This document shows, in pieces, positions 43,806-52,844 of a DNA stretch of 64,000 nucleotides. How positions within the stretch are numbered: the first letter of the stretch is position 1; every line of letters starts with the position of its first letter. The stretch comes from a virus (lineage: Duplodnaviria > Caudoviricetes), in the IMG/VR virus record IMGVR_UViG_3300032243_000867, positions 64,001 to 128,000 of that record; one strand, given 5' to 3'. A model generated the notes under the pieces. That model searched no databases, was not told where the DNA came from, and worked only from the letters and a program-made list of their open reading frames with translations. Position numbers and translations under genes: made by a program.

Positions 43806-44321
43806 ATGCGAGTACATCGTAACGCCCACCTCTCTTCTATTCGGTCGGCTCGGGCTACGTTCAACCGCGTCCCTCCGGTGGTTGAGGAATCCGCCCCGGT
43901 GCCGGTGGTTGAGGAATCCGTCCCGGTAAAGGCGGCTTCAGTGCCCGTCAAGACTTTTCACCTCCCCCCTCTCAAGGTGAGGTTGAAGGCACCCGAGCCT
44001 GCCTCCGTGGCTGTTGAAACCGCCGCTCCCGTAGCGGAAGTTTCCGTAGCGGAAGTTTCCGTAGCGGAAGTTCCCGTAGCGGAAGTTCCCGTAGCGGAAG
44101 TTCCCGTAGCGGAAGTTCCCGTAGCGGAAGTTCCCGTAGCGGAAGTTCCCGTAGCGGAAGCTCCCGTAGCGGAAGCTCCCGTAGCGGAAGCTCCCGTAGC
44201 GGAAGCTCCCGCCCCGGCGAAGCGCGCCCGCAAGCGCAAGGCCGAAGCCGCCGAGGCTCCCGCCGTCGAGTCTCCCGCCGTCGAGTCTCCCGCCGTCGAG
44301 TCTCCCGCCGTCGAGTCTTGA
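43806..44321 (+). CDS. Low-complexity (V/A)PVAE-repeat protein
   Basis: Repeat-encoded acidic Pro/Ala/Val/Glu protein. Confidence 0.55.
   Translation: MRVHRNAHLSSIRSARATFNRVPPVVEESAPVPVVEESVPVKAASVPVKTFHLPPLKVRLKAPEPASVAVETAAPVAEVSVAEVSVAEVPVAEVPVAEVPVAEVPVAEVPVAEVPVAEAPVAEAPVAEAPVAEAPAPAKRARKRKAEAAEAPAVESPAVESPAVESPAVES
44026..44318 (+). repeat. Coding tandem repeats: 12 x 15 nt (..CCGTAGCGGAAG) and about 4 x 15 nt (GCCGTCGAGTCTCCC)
   Basis: Counted directly at 44026-44205 and about 44262-44318. Confidence 0.95.
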
Positions 44322-44360
44322 AAGTTTCTTGGGCGGTAAGGTTCTGCCCAAGGAGTCCCC

Positions 44361-45605
44361 ATGGCCGATCTACTGTTCACCGCAGGTTCCTTTCGTTCGT
44401 TCCGCGCCGCCGTCCGCTTCCATCTCGGAAAGATCCAGCAAGACGTTCTGAAAGATGATGTCGTCGAGTTCGACGGCACCACCTTGAAGCTGAACGGGAC
44501 CACCCACGCCCTTCCCGAGCTTCGGAGTGCGATCAAGGCCGGTTGGCTCTCTCCGACGGGTTCGACGGTTAACGACTACGTTCCTCAGTCCGCGAACGTG
44601 AAGGTTCGCGCCGCGATGGACAAGGACAAGGGCAAGACGGTCTCCACCGAGGTCCAGCAGGACGAGACGTTCGTCGGAAGCGCCCGCAAGGCGAGCACGA
44701 CGGATGGTGTGCGAATCGAGTCCAAGGCTTTCAATGCGACTCTGGTTCGGGATACCGAGGGCGACGGTCGCACTGTCGGTGCCGCCACCAAGAAGTCCGT
44801 GCCCGCGGGGGGCGACGCCACGGAAGGTGAGCCCGTGGCGAAGATCAAGACCGCCGCGAGGCGGAGCTTCTCCGTGGACGGCAGCACCAGCATGAACGCG
44901 GACGCGGACGCGGGTTCCGACGTGACGGGCGTGGTCGAACACATCAAGGGGGTGACCCCGAGGGTGGCCCCCGGAGGCGAGGCAGAGGAGATCACCCGCG
45001 AAGGTCAGTCCAGCGACGGCGGAAAAGTCATCGCCAACGTGAAGACAGCCGCGAAGCGCAAGGTCGTCCTCACGGACGCCAACTCCGCGGACCAAGAGAT
45101 CAGCAAGCTGGACAACAGCACCCGCTCTGCCCTCGCCCCCCGGGGCAAGCGAGACATCGCGGCCCTCGCGGGTGATACGCTTGAGGAGATCGTCCCTGCG
45201 AACGAGCCCGAGAACCGCGGGCGTATGTTGGCCGAGCAAGCCAAGGCCAAGCGTCTCGCGGCCCTCAAGGCCAAGGAGGCCCTCCCCGTCGCGGAGATTG
45301 AAGCTGAGGCTCCCGAGGGGGGTGACATCCCCGAGAACCACTGGAAGACCCCCGAGAAGGCGGCGAACGCGACCCCCCCGGTGAAAGTCACGGCGAAGCA
45401 GCCGAAGTCGGTGGAGGATTTCGCCGTGAACGGCGACGAACTGGAGCTCGCCCCCGGTGTCCGCTGGAACAAGAAGCTCCACTGGAAGACCCGCGTGAAG
45501 CAAGCCCTCCAGTACCGGGACCGCCCCGAGATCCTCAACCTCATTCGCGGCTACGAGGTTCCCTCCGTCGTGAACTCCATCGACGAGGCCCTCTCGTCGC
45601 CCTAG
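44361..45605 (+). CDS. Hypothetical virion-cluster protein
   Basis: AAGGAG SD; internal repeats (A(K/N)(I/V)KTAA(R/K)R). Confidence 0.7.
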   Translation: MADLLFTAGSFRSFRAAVRFHLGKIQQDVLKDDVVEFDGTTLKLNGTTHALPELRSAIKAGWLSPTGSTVNDYVPQSANVKVRAAMDKDKGKTVSTEVQQDETFVGSARKASTTDGVRIESKAFNATLVRDTEGDGRTVGAATKKSVPAGGDATEGEPVAKIKTAARRSFSVDGSTSMNADADAGSDVTGVVEHIKGVTPRVAPGGEAEEITREGQSSDGGKVIANVKTAAKRKVVLTDANSADQEISKLDNSTRSALAPRGKRDIAALAGDTLEEIVPANEPENRGRMLAEQAKAKRLAALKAKEALPVAEIEAEAPEGGDIPENHWKTPEKAANATPPVKVTAKQPKSVEDFAVNGDELELAPGVRWNKKLHWKTRVKQALQYRDRPEILNLIRGYEVPSVVNSIDEALSSP

Positions 45606-45644
45606 TCGAGCGGCGTTTTCTAGCCTTTCGCGCGCACCTTTGCG

Positions 45645-46370
45645 ATGCGCGATCCCCGCAAAGCCTCCAGTCAAGTCTCGTGGTCCCTTCTAACCGAAGG
45701 GGTCACTCAGGCTCGCGTCGAAGCACACCGCCTCCGTCTGATGCTGGATCGTGCCTTGGCCCTAGTGAACACGTCCCCGGCGCGGGAGCATCTGTGGCAA
45801 GTCAGCGGGGACCTTATTCAAGGGTTTCCAGAGCGCCTCTCCGACCTCGAACGGTCCCTCGACCGCACCAGCTACGCTTTGGTGGTGATGGGGGAGGATT
45901 TTCTACGCGGGCGCATCCCCGCTGATGACCGCTACGTCGTGGACGAGGCCACGAAGGCCCACCCGTACGCGGGCGTGCGCCAGAAGGACTCGTTGGCGGA
46001 GCGGGTCGCCCATCGGCACCTACAGGCGAAGTTCAACGGTGCGGCCCCTAGTGCCGAGCACCACTTCTTCGACAACCCCAAGAAGCGGGAAACGCGCGAG
46101 TTCGCCCAGACCAAGGCTCTGTCCAACGAGGTTCCCACGGCGGTGAAGGCCATCAAGGAGATGGACAACCCGGACAAGACCGTGGCCAAGGCCCGAAGCG
46201 AGGCGAACAAAGCCCCGCCGACGCCAGCGGAGATCCGTAAGGAACCGGGGGGCAAGCAGTTCAGCACCTTGAACCGCCACGTCATCGTGACCGAGCAACC
46301 CAAGGTGAAAGGCGTCCCGGTCAGTCGCGAAGACCTACCGAAGAGCGAGAAGCCGAAAGGAAACCTGTAA
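45645..46370 (+). CDS. Hypothetical virion-cluster protein
   Basis: Helical N-domain, then RVAHRHL, then a basic C-domain. Confidence 0.65.
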   Translation: MRDPRKASSQVSWSLLTEGVTQARVEAHRLRLMLDRALALVNTSPAREHLWQVSGDLIQGFPERLSDLERSLDRTSYALVVMGEDFLRGRIPADDRYVVDEATKAHPYAGVRQKDSLAERVAHRHLQAKFNGAAPSAEHHFFDNPKKRETREFAQTKALSNEVPTAVKAIKEMDNPDKTVAKARSEANKAPPTPAEIRKEPGGKQFSTLNRHVIVTEQPKVKGVPVSREDLPKSEKPKGNL

Positions 46371-46951
46371 TGCCGCGCCAGACGTTCTTCGCCAACCTCA
46401 ACCAGTACACGGTTCAGCGCCAGCTTTCGATTTTCCACAAGGGCGATTCCATGCCCATGAAGATCGACGCCACGATGGCGGCGCGCGGTTGGGTGGGGGG
46501 CACCTTCGTGCGTTGGATCGACGACGGTTCGGGCGAACCGTGCGTTACCATCGCGGACGGGCGCTACTGCGGGTTCACCCCGTGGGGCTCGAATGAGCCC
46601 GCCGATCAGTACACGTCCCTCACCCAGACGAACCCCACCTACAAATACATCACGATGTTCTTCGGGGGAAACTTCGCGGCGACTACGTCGTTCGAGAAGT
46701 ACACGTACATCTCCCGGAACGGCGGTGGCCCGTTGGTCCCGCTGGTGTACGCCCCGCAGGACTTCCTGTACGTCAGTGAGAACGGGCTGATCACCAACCA
46801 GGACGAGAGCAACGTGCTGGTGAACCCCGGCCACACGTTCCCCAACGGCGATCCCATTCTCGTTCCGTTTCTCTACTTCGGTCTGTGTTCGGTGCCCCCC
46901 AGCACCCTCACCGATGGCCGGATACTTTTTCAGTCCAACGTGGGCGTTTGA
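46370..46951 (+). CDS. Putative virion protein (decoration-like)
   Basis: YAPQDFLYVSENGLIT resembles the YVAGMRLVASQNGYL segment of 38563-39243. Confidence 0.5.
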   Translation: MPRQTFFANLNQYTVQRQLSIFHKGDSMPMKIDATMAARGWVGGTFVRWIDDGSGEPCVTIADGRYCGFTPWGSNEPADQYTSLTQTNPTYKYITMFFGGNFAATTSFEKYTYISRNGGGPLVPLVYAPQDFLYVSENGLITNQDESNVLVNPGHTFPNGDPILVPFLYFGLCSVPPSTLTDGRILFQSNVGV

Positions 46952-46953
46952 CC

Positions 46954-49017
46954 ATGCGCGGCTTGCGTGCAGACCTGTTTCCGATTCTGGGCAAGAACCC
47001 CGGCCCGTGCAAGGTGGTGGACCGCATCTACCAGCGGGTGCGTAGCCCCATCGAGCAGAAGGAGCTCGTCAATACGGTCGAGGGGAACCGCAACCTCACG
47101 AACGCACAGGCCGTCACCATCTACAACGGGTTCGACAAGAACCCTTCCGCGTCGAATTTTCGTCAGTTCGCTATCTCTCCGCACGCTCAGTACCGCATGG
47201 TCCTACGCGGGATCACCGTCGCGCAGGTGCAGAAGGCGCTTCTGAAGTTGGGCGGGGTATTCGGCAACCCCAAGCATCGTGCGATGCTTCAGAAGCTCAA
47301 CGAGGCGAATAACCTTCAGTTGAACTACGAAGCCTCTAGTGACGTGCTGAAGATCGACGACGAACCCGTCCGAGCGGGCTACGAACGCCGCGGCAAAACG
47401 ATCCGGGTTGACGATTCGGACATCTCGGTCACTTTCAGCCTCAGCGGCGACCTCGTGACGGTAGTCACCGCGTACCCAAAGAGCGGAAGCGATCCGAAAG
47501 CCCCTCCGGGCGGGTGCTCGAAGCCCGGGAAGACGGCGAAGGGATACCAGGCCCCCGCGGGTGAGCTTTCGGGATACCGCACCTACCCGAGCGAAAAGCC
47601 CAGCAAGGGCATTGACGAGCCCAGCGGGGATAGCATCCGCCACTCCCCCGGCGAGTCCCCTCGTTCGGACCGGGATCGCGCGGCCCCGATGCGTCCGGGG
47701 CAGAAGGACGAGCTTCTTCAGAAGACGCCCGCGAACGTGGTATTCAACGCCCCCGGGCCTTCCTCTAAGGAAGAAGGAACGAAGATCCACGTTCGCTCCC
47801 CCGGCACCCCCGGCGAGGAGTACGGGCACCCCTTCAAAGAGAACATCATGCCGCGCCGTACGGAAGCGGCGATCTACCCCTCGTACAACCAGAGACAGCG
47901 AAAGCAACGCGGGGAAGCCCGGTTGTATCAACGCCGATACTACCAGCGGCACCGCAGCAAAATTCGCTCGCGCGCGAAGATCGACTATCTCCACAAAAAG
48001 AACAGCCCGACCTTCAAAAAGCAGCGGACGTATCGCAACAGCCAGAAGTACGGATGGCGGTTCAACCGTCTTCCTTCGGGCGGGTATCGCCGTCCCGCTG
48101 ATCGCACTCGGGACCACCGCAACAAGAAGGCAGAGGTTTCCATCCCGTTCTACCACCCCAACTACGGGATGGGGTACGTTCTCGACGTGCGCGACCAAGA
48201 GGTTGTCATCGAGCAGACGAACTCCCTGGGCGGTGAATCCCTCGGCACGGGAACCGTCCCGTTTTTCACGTTTCTGCGCGGCGTCGAGTTCGACGACGAA
48301 ACGAGTATCGACGCCTTCTTCGACCTCGCGGACTCCGACTTCGACCTTGACGACGAAGCCCAACGGCTGGCGTCTTTCTACCGCGAGACGTTCCGGCCCG
48401 GTGACAACCTCGACCCGGGAGACGGCGTGCGGGACCTGGGCGAGCCCTCCCCCGTGAACCCTATCCTTCCGTATTTCGACACGGATCACAACAGCCGCAA
48501 ACCGGGCGAGGTGATGAACAACCTCGGCCCGACCGACAACAACCCGGGCTCTGCCAAAGTGATCCCCGAGGGGCACGACTTCGAGAACCGCAAGGCCAGC
48601 GCCGTGCGTGTCGCCGCGAAGATGGCCGAGATCATCCAAGGGATCGACCCCAGCATCCAATCACGCGCGCGGGGTATTTCACCCAAGGTGAAGCGCCGTG
48701 ACCCCGGCAACGTGGCCTACTCGTTCGCCGTGCCGGGGAGCAAGGGAGAGTCCTACACCGTGAAGGTGAAGGGGCTACCCAGCAAGAACATCCGCACCCT
48801 CGGCAAGATGGACCTGAAGCTGTCCTGCACCTGTGACTTCTGGCGCTACCAAGGCCCAGAACACTGGGCGAAGGCAAATGACTACCTGTTCGGCAAACCC
48901 GGTGGCACGGCGGACCGACCCGACGTGAAAGACCCGAAGGGCCACAACCGCGTGTGCAAGCACGCCTTGGCGGTTCTGAACATGATCAGCAAGTGGCCCG
49001 CAGCGGGGAAGCGGTAA
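46954..49017 (+). CDS. Multidomain protein: DUF4258-like N-domain + basic segment + C-terminal SWIM zinc finger
   Basis: ISPHAQYRMVLRGIT...VVTAYP; CTCDFW...CKH; linkers KTAKG, RLASFY and RKASAVRVAAK. Confidence 0.7.
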   Translation: MRGLRADLFPILGKNPGPCKVVDRIYQRVRSPIEQKELVNTVEGNRNLTNAQAVTIYNGFDKNPSASNFRQFAISPHAQYRMVLRGITVAQVQKALLKLGGVFGNPKHRAMLQKLNEANNLQLNYEASSDVLKIDDEPVRAGYERRGKTIRVDDSDISVTFSLSGDLVTVVTAYPKSGSDPKAPPGGCSKPGKTAKGYQAPAGELSGYRTYPSEKPSKGIDEPSGDSIRHSPGESPRSDRDRAAPMRPGQKDELLQKTPANVVFNAPGPSSKEEGTKIHVRSPGTPGEEYGHPFKENIMPRRTEAAIYPSYNQRQRKQRGEARLYQRRYYQRHRSKIRSRAKIDYLHKKNSPTFKKQRTYRNSQKYGWRFNRLPSGGYRRPADRTRDHRNKKAEVSIPFYHPNYGMGYVLDVRDQEVVIEQTNSLGGESLGTGTVPFFTFLRGVEFDDETSIDAFFDLADSDFDLDDEAQRLASFYRETFRPGDNLDPGDGVRDLGEPSPVNPILPYFDTDHNSRKPGEVMNNLGPTDNNPGSAKVIPEGHDFENRKASAVRVAAKMAEIIQGIDPSIQSRARGISPKVKRRDPGNVAYSFAVPGSKGESYTVKVKGLPSKNIRTLGKMDLKLSCTCDFWRYQGPEHWAKANDYLFGKPGGTADRPDVKDPKGHNRVCKHALAVLNMISKWPAAGKR

Positions 49018-49026
49018 GGTTTTCCC

Positions 49027-49407
49027 ATGCCCACGTACACCTACGTTTGCACCGAGTGCCGAGCCTCCTTCGAGCGGTTCATGTCCATCACCCGATGCGA
49101 CGACCCTCAATACTGCGAAGAGTGCGGTTCTCTCGGCAAGAAGACCATCTCGATGCCCAACTTCATCTTGAAGGGGGATGGCTGGACGGGCAAGAACATC
49201 AAGATCGCGGGTCAGATGGCCGCGAAGAATCGCACCCTCGACAAGAAGCAAGACGAGCGCAAGCGGGACGCTCCCGGTGTGCGCCTCGCGCCCAACGTGG
49301 ACGGAGAGCGGGTGGACAACTGGGCCGACGCCCAGAAGCTCGCGGCGTCGAAGGGCAAGAACACCGAGAGCTACGACGCCAAGGTGCGTGAGGAGAAGGC
49401 CAAGTGA
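49027..49407 (+). CDS. FmdB-type zinc-ribbon protein
   Basis: MPTYTYVCTECRASFE...CEECGS. Confidence 0.8.
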   Translation: MPTYTYVCTECRASFERFMSITRCDDPQYCEECGSLGKKTISMPNFILKGDGWTGKNIKIAGQMAAKNRTLDKKQDERKRDAPGVRLAPNVDGERVDNWADAQKLAASKGKNTESYDAKVREEKAK

Positions 49408-50153
49408 CCCGTCAGCGAGAAATCCCTTCGGTCCTGTACCGACAGCCCAACTACATCAACATGACGTTCCCGATCCTCCCCGGGGTGCCCAAGATCCGGG
49501 TGTCTGGGGCGGCGCGTCTGAACGACGCCTACGGCAACGTGGCGGGTGTCGGTGGCGGCGGGGTCCTCCCCATGTTTGAGGTGCTCTCGGGAGCCACCTT
49601 CGCTTCGCCCAGCGTGCGCGCCAAGAAGGTCCCGTTTGAGGACACGAACCGGGGCGTGACCCGGATGATCTTCGACCCGGATGACTTCGCCACCCCGGCA
49701 CAACCACCCGGCACGAGCTACCTCCCCACGGACGATCAGACGCTCTACCTGCGGATCGAGACGTGGAACCCGGTGACTTCGGCATGGAACCCACCGGGGC
49801 CGATCATCATCATCCCGCCCTACGACTTTTTCACGACGAAGGAGCCCGTGTTCACGGTGACGGGGTTGGCCCCCAACATGGCGCTGGGCGCTTGGCCAGC
49901 GGGGTTGCCTGACTTCATGCGGCCCGCCACCATGAACTTCCTCCTGCCCGCGTACTCCCAGACCATCTCGGTCGGGAACCTCGACTCGGGCAAGGTCCTG
50001 TTCGTTTCGTTTCACCCCGGTATGCCGCCCACGGTCATCATGCCCAAGACCGACCTCGGTCTCACGGGCTCAGGCGTCCCTGAATACTTCGTCGGGTGCC
50101 CGGACGGAAACATCTGGTTCACCCTCCGCATCGCCGTGGTGAACAGCGCCTAA
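49404..50153 (+). CDS. Putative virion protein
   Basis: GTGA-coupled, Pro/Gly-rich beta-type sequence. Confidence 0.55.
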   Translation: MTRQREIPSVLYRQPNYINMTFPILPGVPKIRVSGAARLNDAYGNVAGVGGGGVLPMFEVLSGATFASPSVRAKKVPFEDTNRGVTRMIFDPDDFATPAQPPGTSYLPTDDQTLYLRIETWNPVTSAWNPPGPIIIIPPYDFFTTKEPVFTVTGLAPNMALGAWPAGLPDFMRPATMNFLLPAYSQTISVGNLDSGKVLFVSFHPGMPPTVIMPKTDLGLTGSGVPEYFVGCPDGNIWFTLRIAVVNSA

Positions 50154-50319
50154 CGGCCCTACGGTGAGACCGTATCACCTCACCATCATCTACGAGTAAG
50201 CCCTCCCCGCGCCGTTTTCCGTTCTATTCCTCGGCGGGTAGGTAGGGCGGATTTCGTTCCCCCGGACCCCGTGGACTCTGCCACCGACACCCGGTGGAAA
50301 CGAAAACAGGAGCAAACCA

Positions 50320-51012
50320 ATGCCGTTCATCTGCCTCGCTCGTACCGACATCCCGAACTCGACCCTTCAGGTCACCGACCTCTGGCCCAACAAGAGCCAG
50401 ACCAACCCCGTGATCGACCCCCCGGCGGTCGGCCCGCTGTACATCAACGCGCCGACGACGGCCACCGTGACCCTCACCACGGTGGGCGCGGTCAAGACCT
50501 TCACCATCGCGGCGTCGGGCCTCGCGGCGTACCTCCTCGCCAACGTCCAAGCGGCGGGCGCGGGCGGCATCGCCCTCACCCCGGCTCAAGCCAACGCGGC
50601 GGCGGCGGCGATCATCGCGGCCATGCGGGCGGGCTCGGCCCTCTCCCTCGCGGCGATCAACGCCCTCCTCGTGGCGGCGGCGGGCGCGGGCACGGAGCTC
50701 ACCACGGCGGGCGGCTCGCTCTCGACGGGTGCCGTGTCGGACGTTCTCCGCATCCTCGGCGGCATCACCTACACCGTCCCGGCGGGCACGCAGATTCAGG
50801 GCGCGGGTCCGATCTTCACCGCGCAGGCGGGTGCGGCGGCGTGGAACGCGGCGAACTTCGCGGACCACAAGGACATCCTTCCGACGGACTCGTCGTTCTA
50901 CCAGAGCCTCGCCTACGGCAAGATCGCTGGCTTCAAGGCCGCGACCTTCTCGTACGTCGGCGTGACGGGTGCGGCGATCACCGTGTATGACGACGCGGGC
51001 GGGGTGTACTGA
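50320..51012 (+). CDS. Putative virion protein
   Basis: AGGAG SD, Ala/Gly/Thr-rich, highly biased codons. Confidence 0.6.
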   Translation: MPFICLARTDIPNSTLQVTDLWPNKSQTNPVIDPPAVGPLYINAPTTATVTLTTVGAVKTFTIAASGLAAYLLANVQAAGAGGIALTPAQANAAAAAIIAAMRAGSALSLAAINALLVAAAGAGTELTTAGGSLSTGAVSDVLRILGGITYTVPAGTQIQGAGPIFTAQAGAAAWNAANFADHKDILPTDSSFYQSLAYGKIAGFKAATFSYVGVTGAAITVYDDAGGVY

Positions 51013-51040
51013 GCCAACCCCCATAGAAGGGAACTAGACC

Positions 51041-51505
51041 ATGACCATCGTAGCAGCAATTGGCGCGACCGACGCCACAGCCCTCGGCAGCGCCGGGGCG
51101 GTGACGGGGCCTCGCTCGCTTCTCTTCTTCGGAACTGCGAACATCGCGGCGGGTGACAACGCCACCCCCGCGAGCTCGACCCCGGTGCAATCGGGCTTCT
51201 GCGGCGCGTCAACCATCGTCGTTGGCGTCCCCATGATCCGTCCCGGTTTCGTCACGGGGCTGGGCATCCGGCTCTCGGGCGCGGCAGCGGGCAGCGTGGC
51301 GATCTTCGGTGTCTATAAGAACGGCACCATCGTCGCCTCATTGAACATCGGCATCACGGGGGGCCAGAACTTCGCCACCTATCCAGAGGGTCGCTATGCC
51401 TTCGCGGCGAACGACGTGATCGACGTTCGCATCCGCACGGGCTCGGGCTGGTCGGCCACCACGGTGGATGCGGCCATCTCGGTCGAGATCCAAACCACCA
51501 CCTGA
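51041..51505 (+). CDS. Putative virion protein
   Basis: Beta-sandwich-like Gly/Ala/Thr-rich ORF. Confidence 0.55.
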   Translation: MTIVAAIGATDATALGSAGAVTGPRSLLFFGTANIAAGDNATPASSTPVQSGFCGASTIVVGVPMIRPGFVTGLGIRLSGAAAGSVAIFGVYKNGTIVASLNIGITGGQNFATYPEGRYAFAANDVIDVRIRTGSGWSATTVDAAISVEIQTTT

Positions 51506-51549
51506 TCCCCCCCGCATCGCGGTAGGAAGGCTTTTACCCGCCTACCGCG

Positions 51550-51906
51550 ATGTCCACCGATGCCTACATCGGGAGCCCTTTCGTGTTCCAAGTCGGGTAC
51601 TTGGACGACACGGGTCAACCCATCACCGTTACGGGCGTGAACCTCACCCTGTTCGTGTTCGACGCGAACACAGGCGTTCGCACCACTCTGGTTTCGGCGG
51701 CACCTATGGCTCCTATCGTGCCGCCGATGCCCAGCCGCTACTACTACGCCTATACGATCCCGCCTACGTTGGAAGACGGCACCCCGCTCTACGCGGAGTA
51801 CCGAGCTACGAGCGTTCTCACGGGATTCGACGTGGTGGTTTCAGATACGCTGAACCTACACGCGAAGCCATCAGACCTCGGCCTACGCTCCCGGTTCGTG
51901 AGGTGA
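51550..51906 (+). CDS. Putative Ig-like virion protein
   Basis: Similar in character to the N-terminal domain of 56941-57711. Confidence 0.5.
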   Translation: MSTDAYIGSPFVFQVGYLDDTGQPITVTGVNLTLFVFDANTGVRTTLVSAAPMAPIVPPMPSRYYYAYTIPPTLEDGTPLYAEYRATSVLTGFDVVVSDTLNLHAKPSDLGLRSRFVR

Positions 51907-52142
51907 ACCCCGTGATCTGGCTCAAAGACTTTCGTATGGCAGGGTTTCTCATTTCTCGCGGGTTCCCCATGTCCGACATGAGGCTGGACGCGCGTGGGGA
52001 CGTTGAGATTTCCTTCAACGACGAGGACCGCAAGGTTTCCGACTCCCTTCGCGAGTATCCGCAATCCGTGGAGTTCAAGTACGACACGTCTTGCAAGGTC
52101 GTCCACGACCTCATTCGTCTCAAACTCAGGAATGGGCGATGA
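51903..52142 (+). CDS. Small hypothetical protein (DUF5659-like)
   Basis: GTGA-coupled; KDFRMAGFLISRG...VEISF pattern. Confidence 0.45.
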   Translation: MNPVIWLKDFRMAGFLISRGFPMSDMRLDARGDVEISFNDEDRKVSDSLREYPQSVEFKYDTSCKVVHDLIRLKLRNGR

Positions 52143-52672
52143 ACCGCAAACAGCGCCGCGCGGCGGAAAAGTCCGCTCGCCGGTATCCATTCAAAACGCA
52201 ACGCACAGGGGAAAGAAAAGTCATGTCTCTCGCTCGCATCGAAGCCGACATCCTCGCCGCTCAAGAAGAGGGCAAAGCCGCCATCGCCAAGTACAACGAC
52301 TACGCGAAGTCGGTGACCGAAGAAGTACACAACCTGCTTCGCCAAGCGGGCCTGTTCGATGCGATCAATGCCCTTGAGATGGATCGACTGGAAGTCCGCA
52401 AAGAACTTCAAGCCAAGATCGAAGGGGTCAACGCGAAGATCTCAGAGCTTCAGAAGGTACGTTCTTACCTCGCGGCCCCCGCTCCCGAAGCCCCCGCTCC
52501 CGAAGCCCCCGCCCACGAGGAAGTCTCCGAGGAAGCCCACGAGGACGCCCCGGAAGTCACCCTCGTCGAAGAGCCCGCCGCCGAGAAGAAGACCCGCAAG
52601 AAGAAGACGGCACCCGCTCCCGAGGCACCCGCCCCTGTCGTCGCCCGAAAGCTCGAACGCCCCCAGTTCTGA
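52139..52672 (+). CDS. Coiled-coil protein with a Pro/Glu/Ala tail
   Basis: ATGA-coupled; MNRKQRR start; APAPE repeats. Confidence 0.6.
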   Translation: MNRKQRRAAEKSARRYPFKTQRTGERKVMSLARIEADILAAQEEGKAAIAKYNDYAKSVTEEVHNLLRQAGLFDAINALEMDRLEVRKELQAKIEGVNAKISELQKVRSYLAAPAPEAPAPEAPAHEEVSEEAHEDAPEVTLVEEPAAEKKTRKKKTAPAPEAPAPVVARKLERPQF

Positions 52673-52844
52673 TTCTTTCGGTTCCGCGCCTATACAAGCC
52701 CCCCTAGTGTAGATCCGACCCCCCGCGCCTCTTCTCCTATCAGGCCGGGACCATCCTATCAGTATCCCCCATCGCCCGAATGCTTCGGGTGGGGCTGGTA
52801 ACTGATCCGACTACGACCCCTTCGCGGGTCTAGGATGGTCCATC

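Noticed and set aside
44026-44318. Possible CRISPR array
   Set aside because: Head-to-tail 15-mers with no unique spacers, in frame within a CDS; the Cas4-like gene at 1636 has no cas neighbours.
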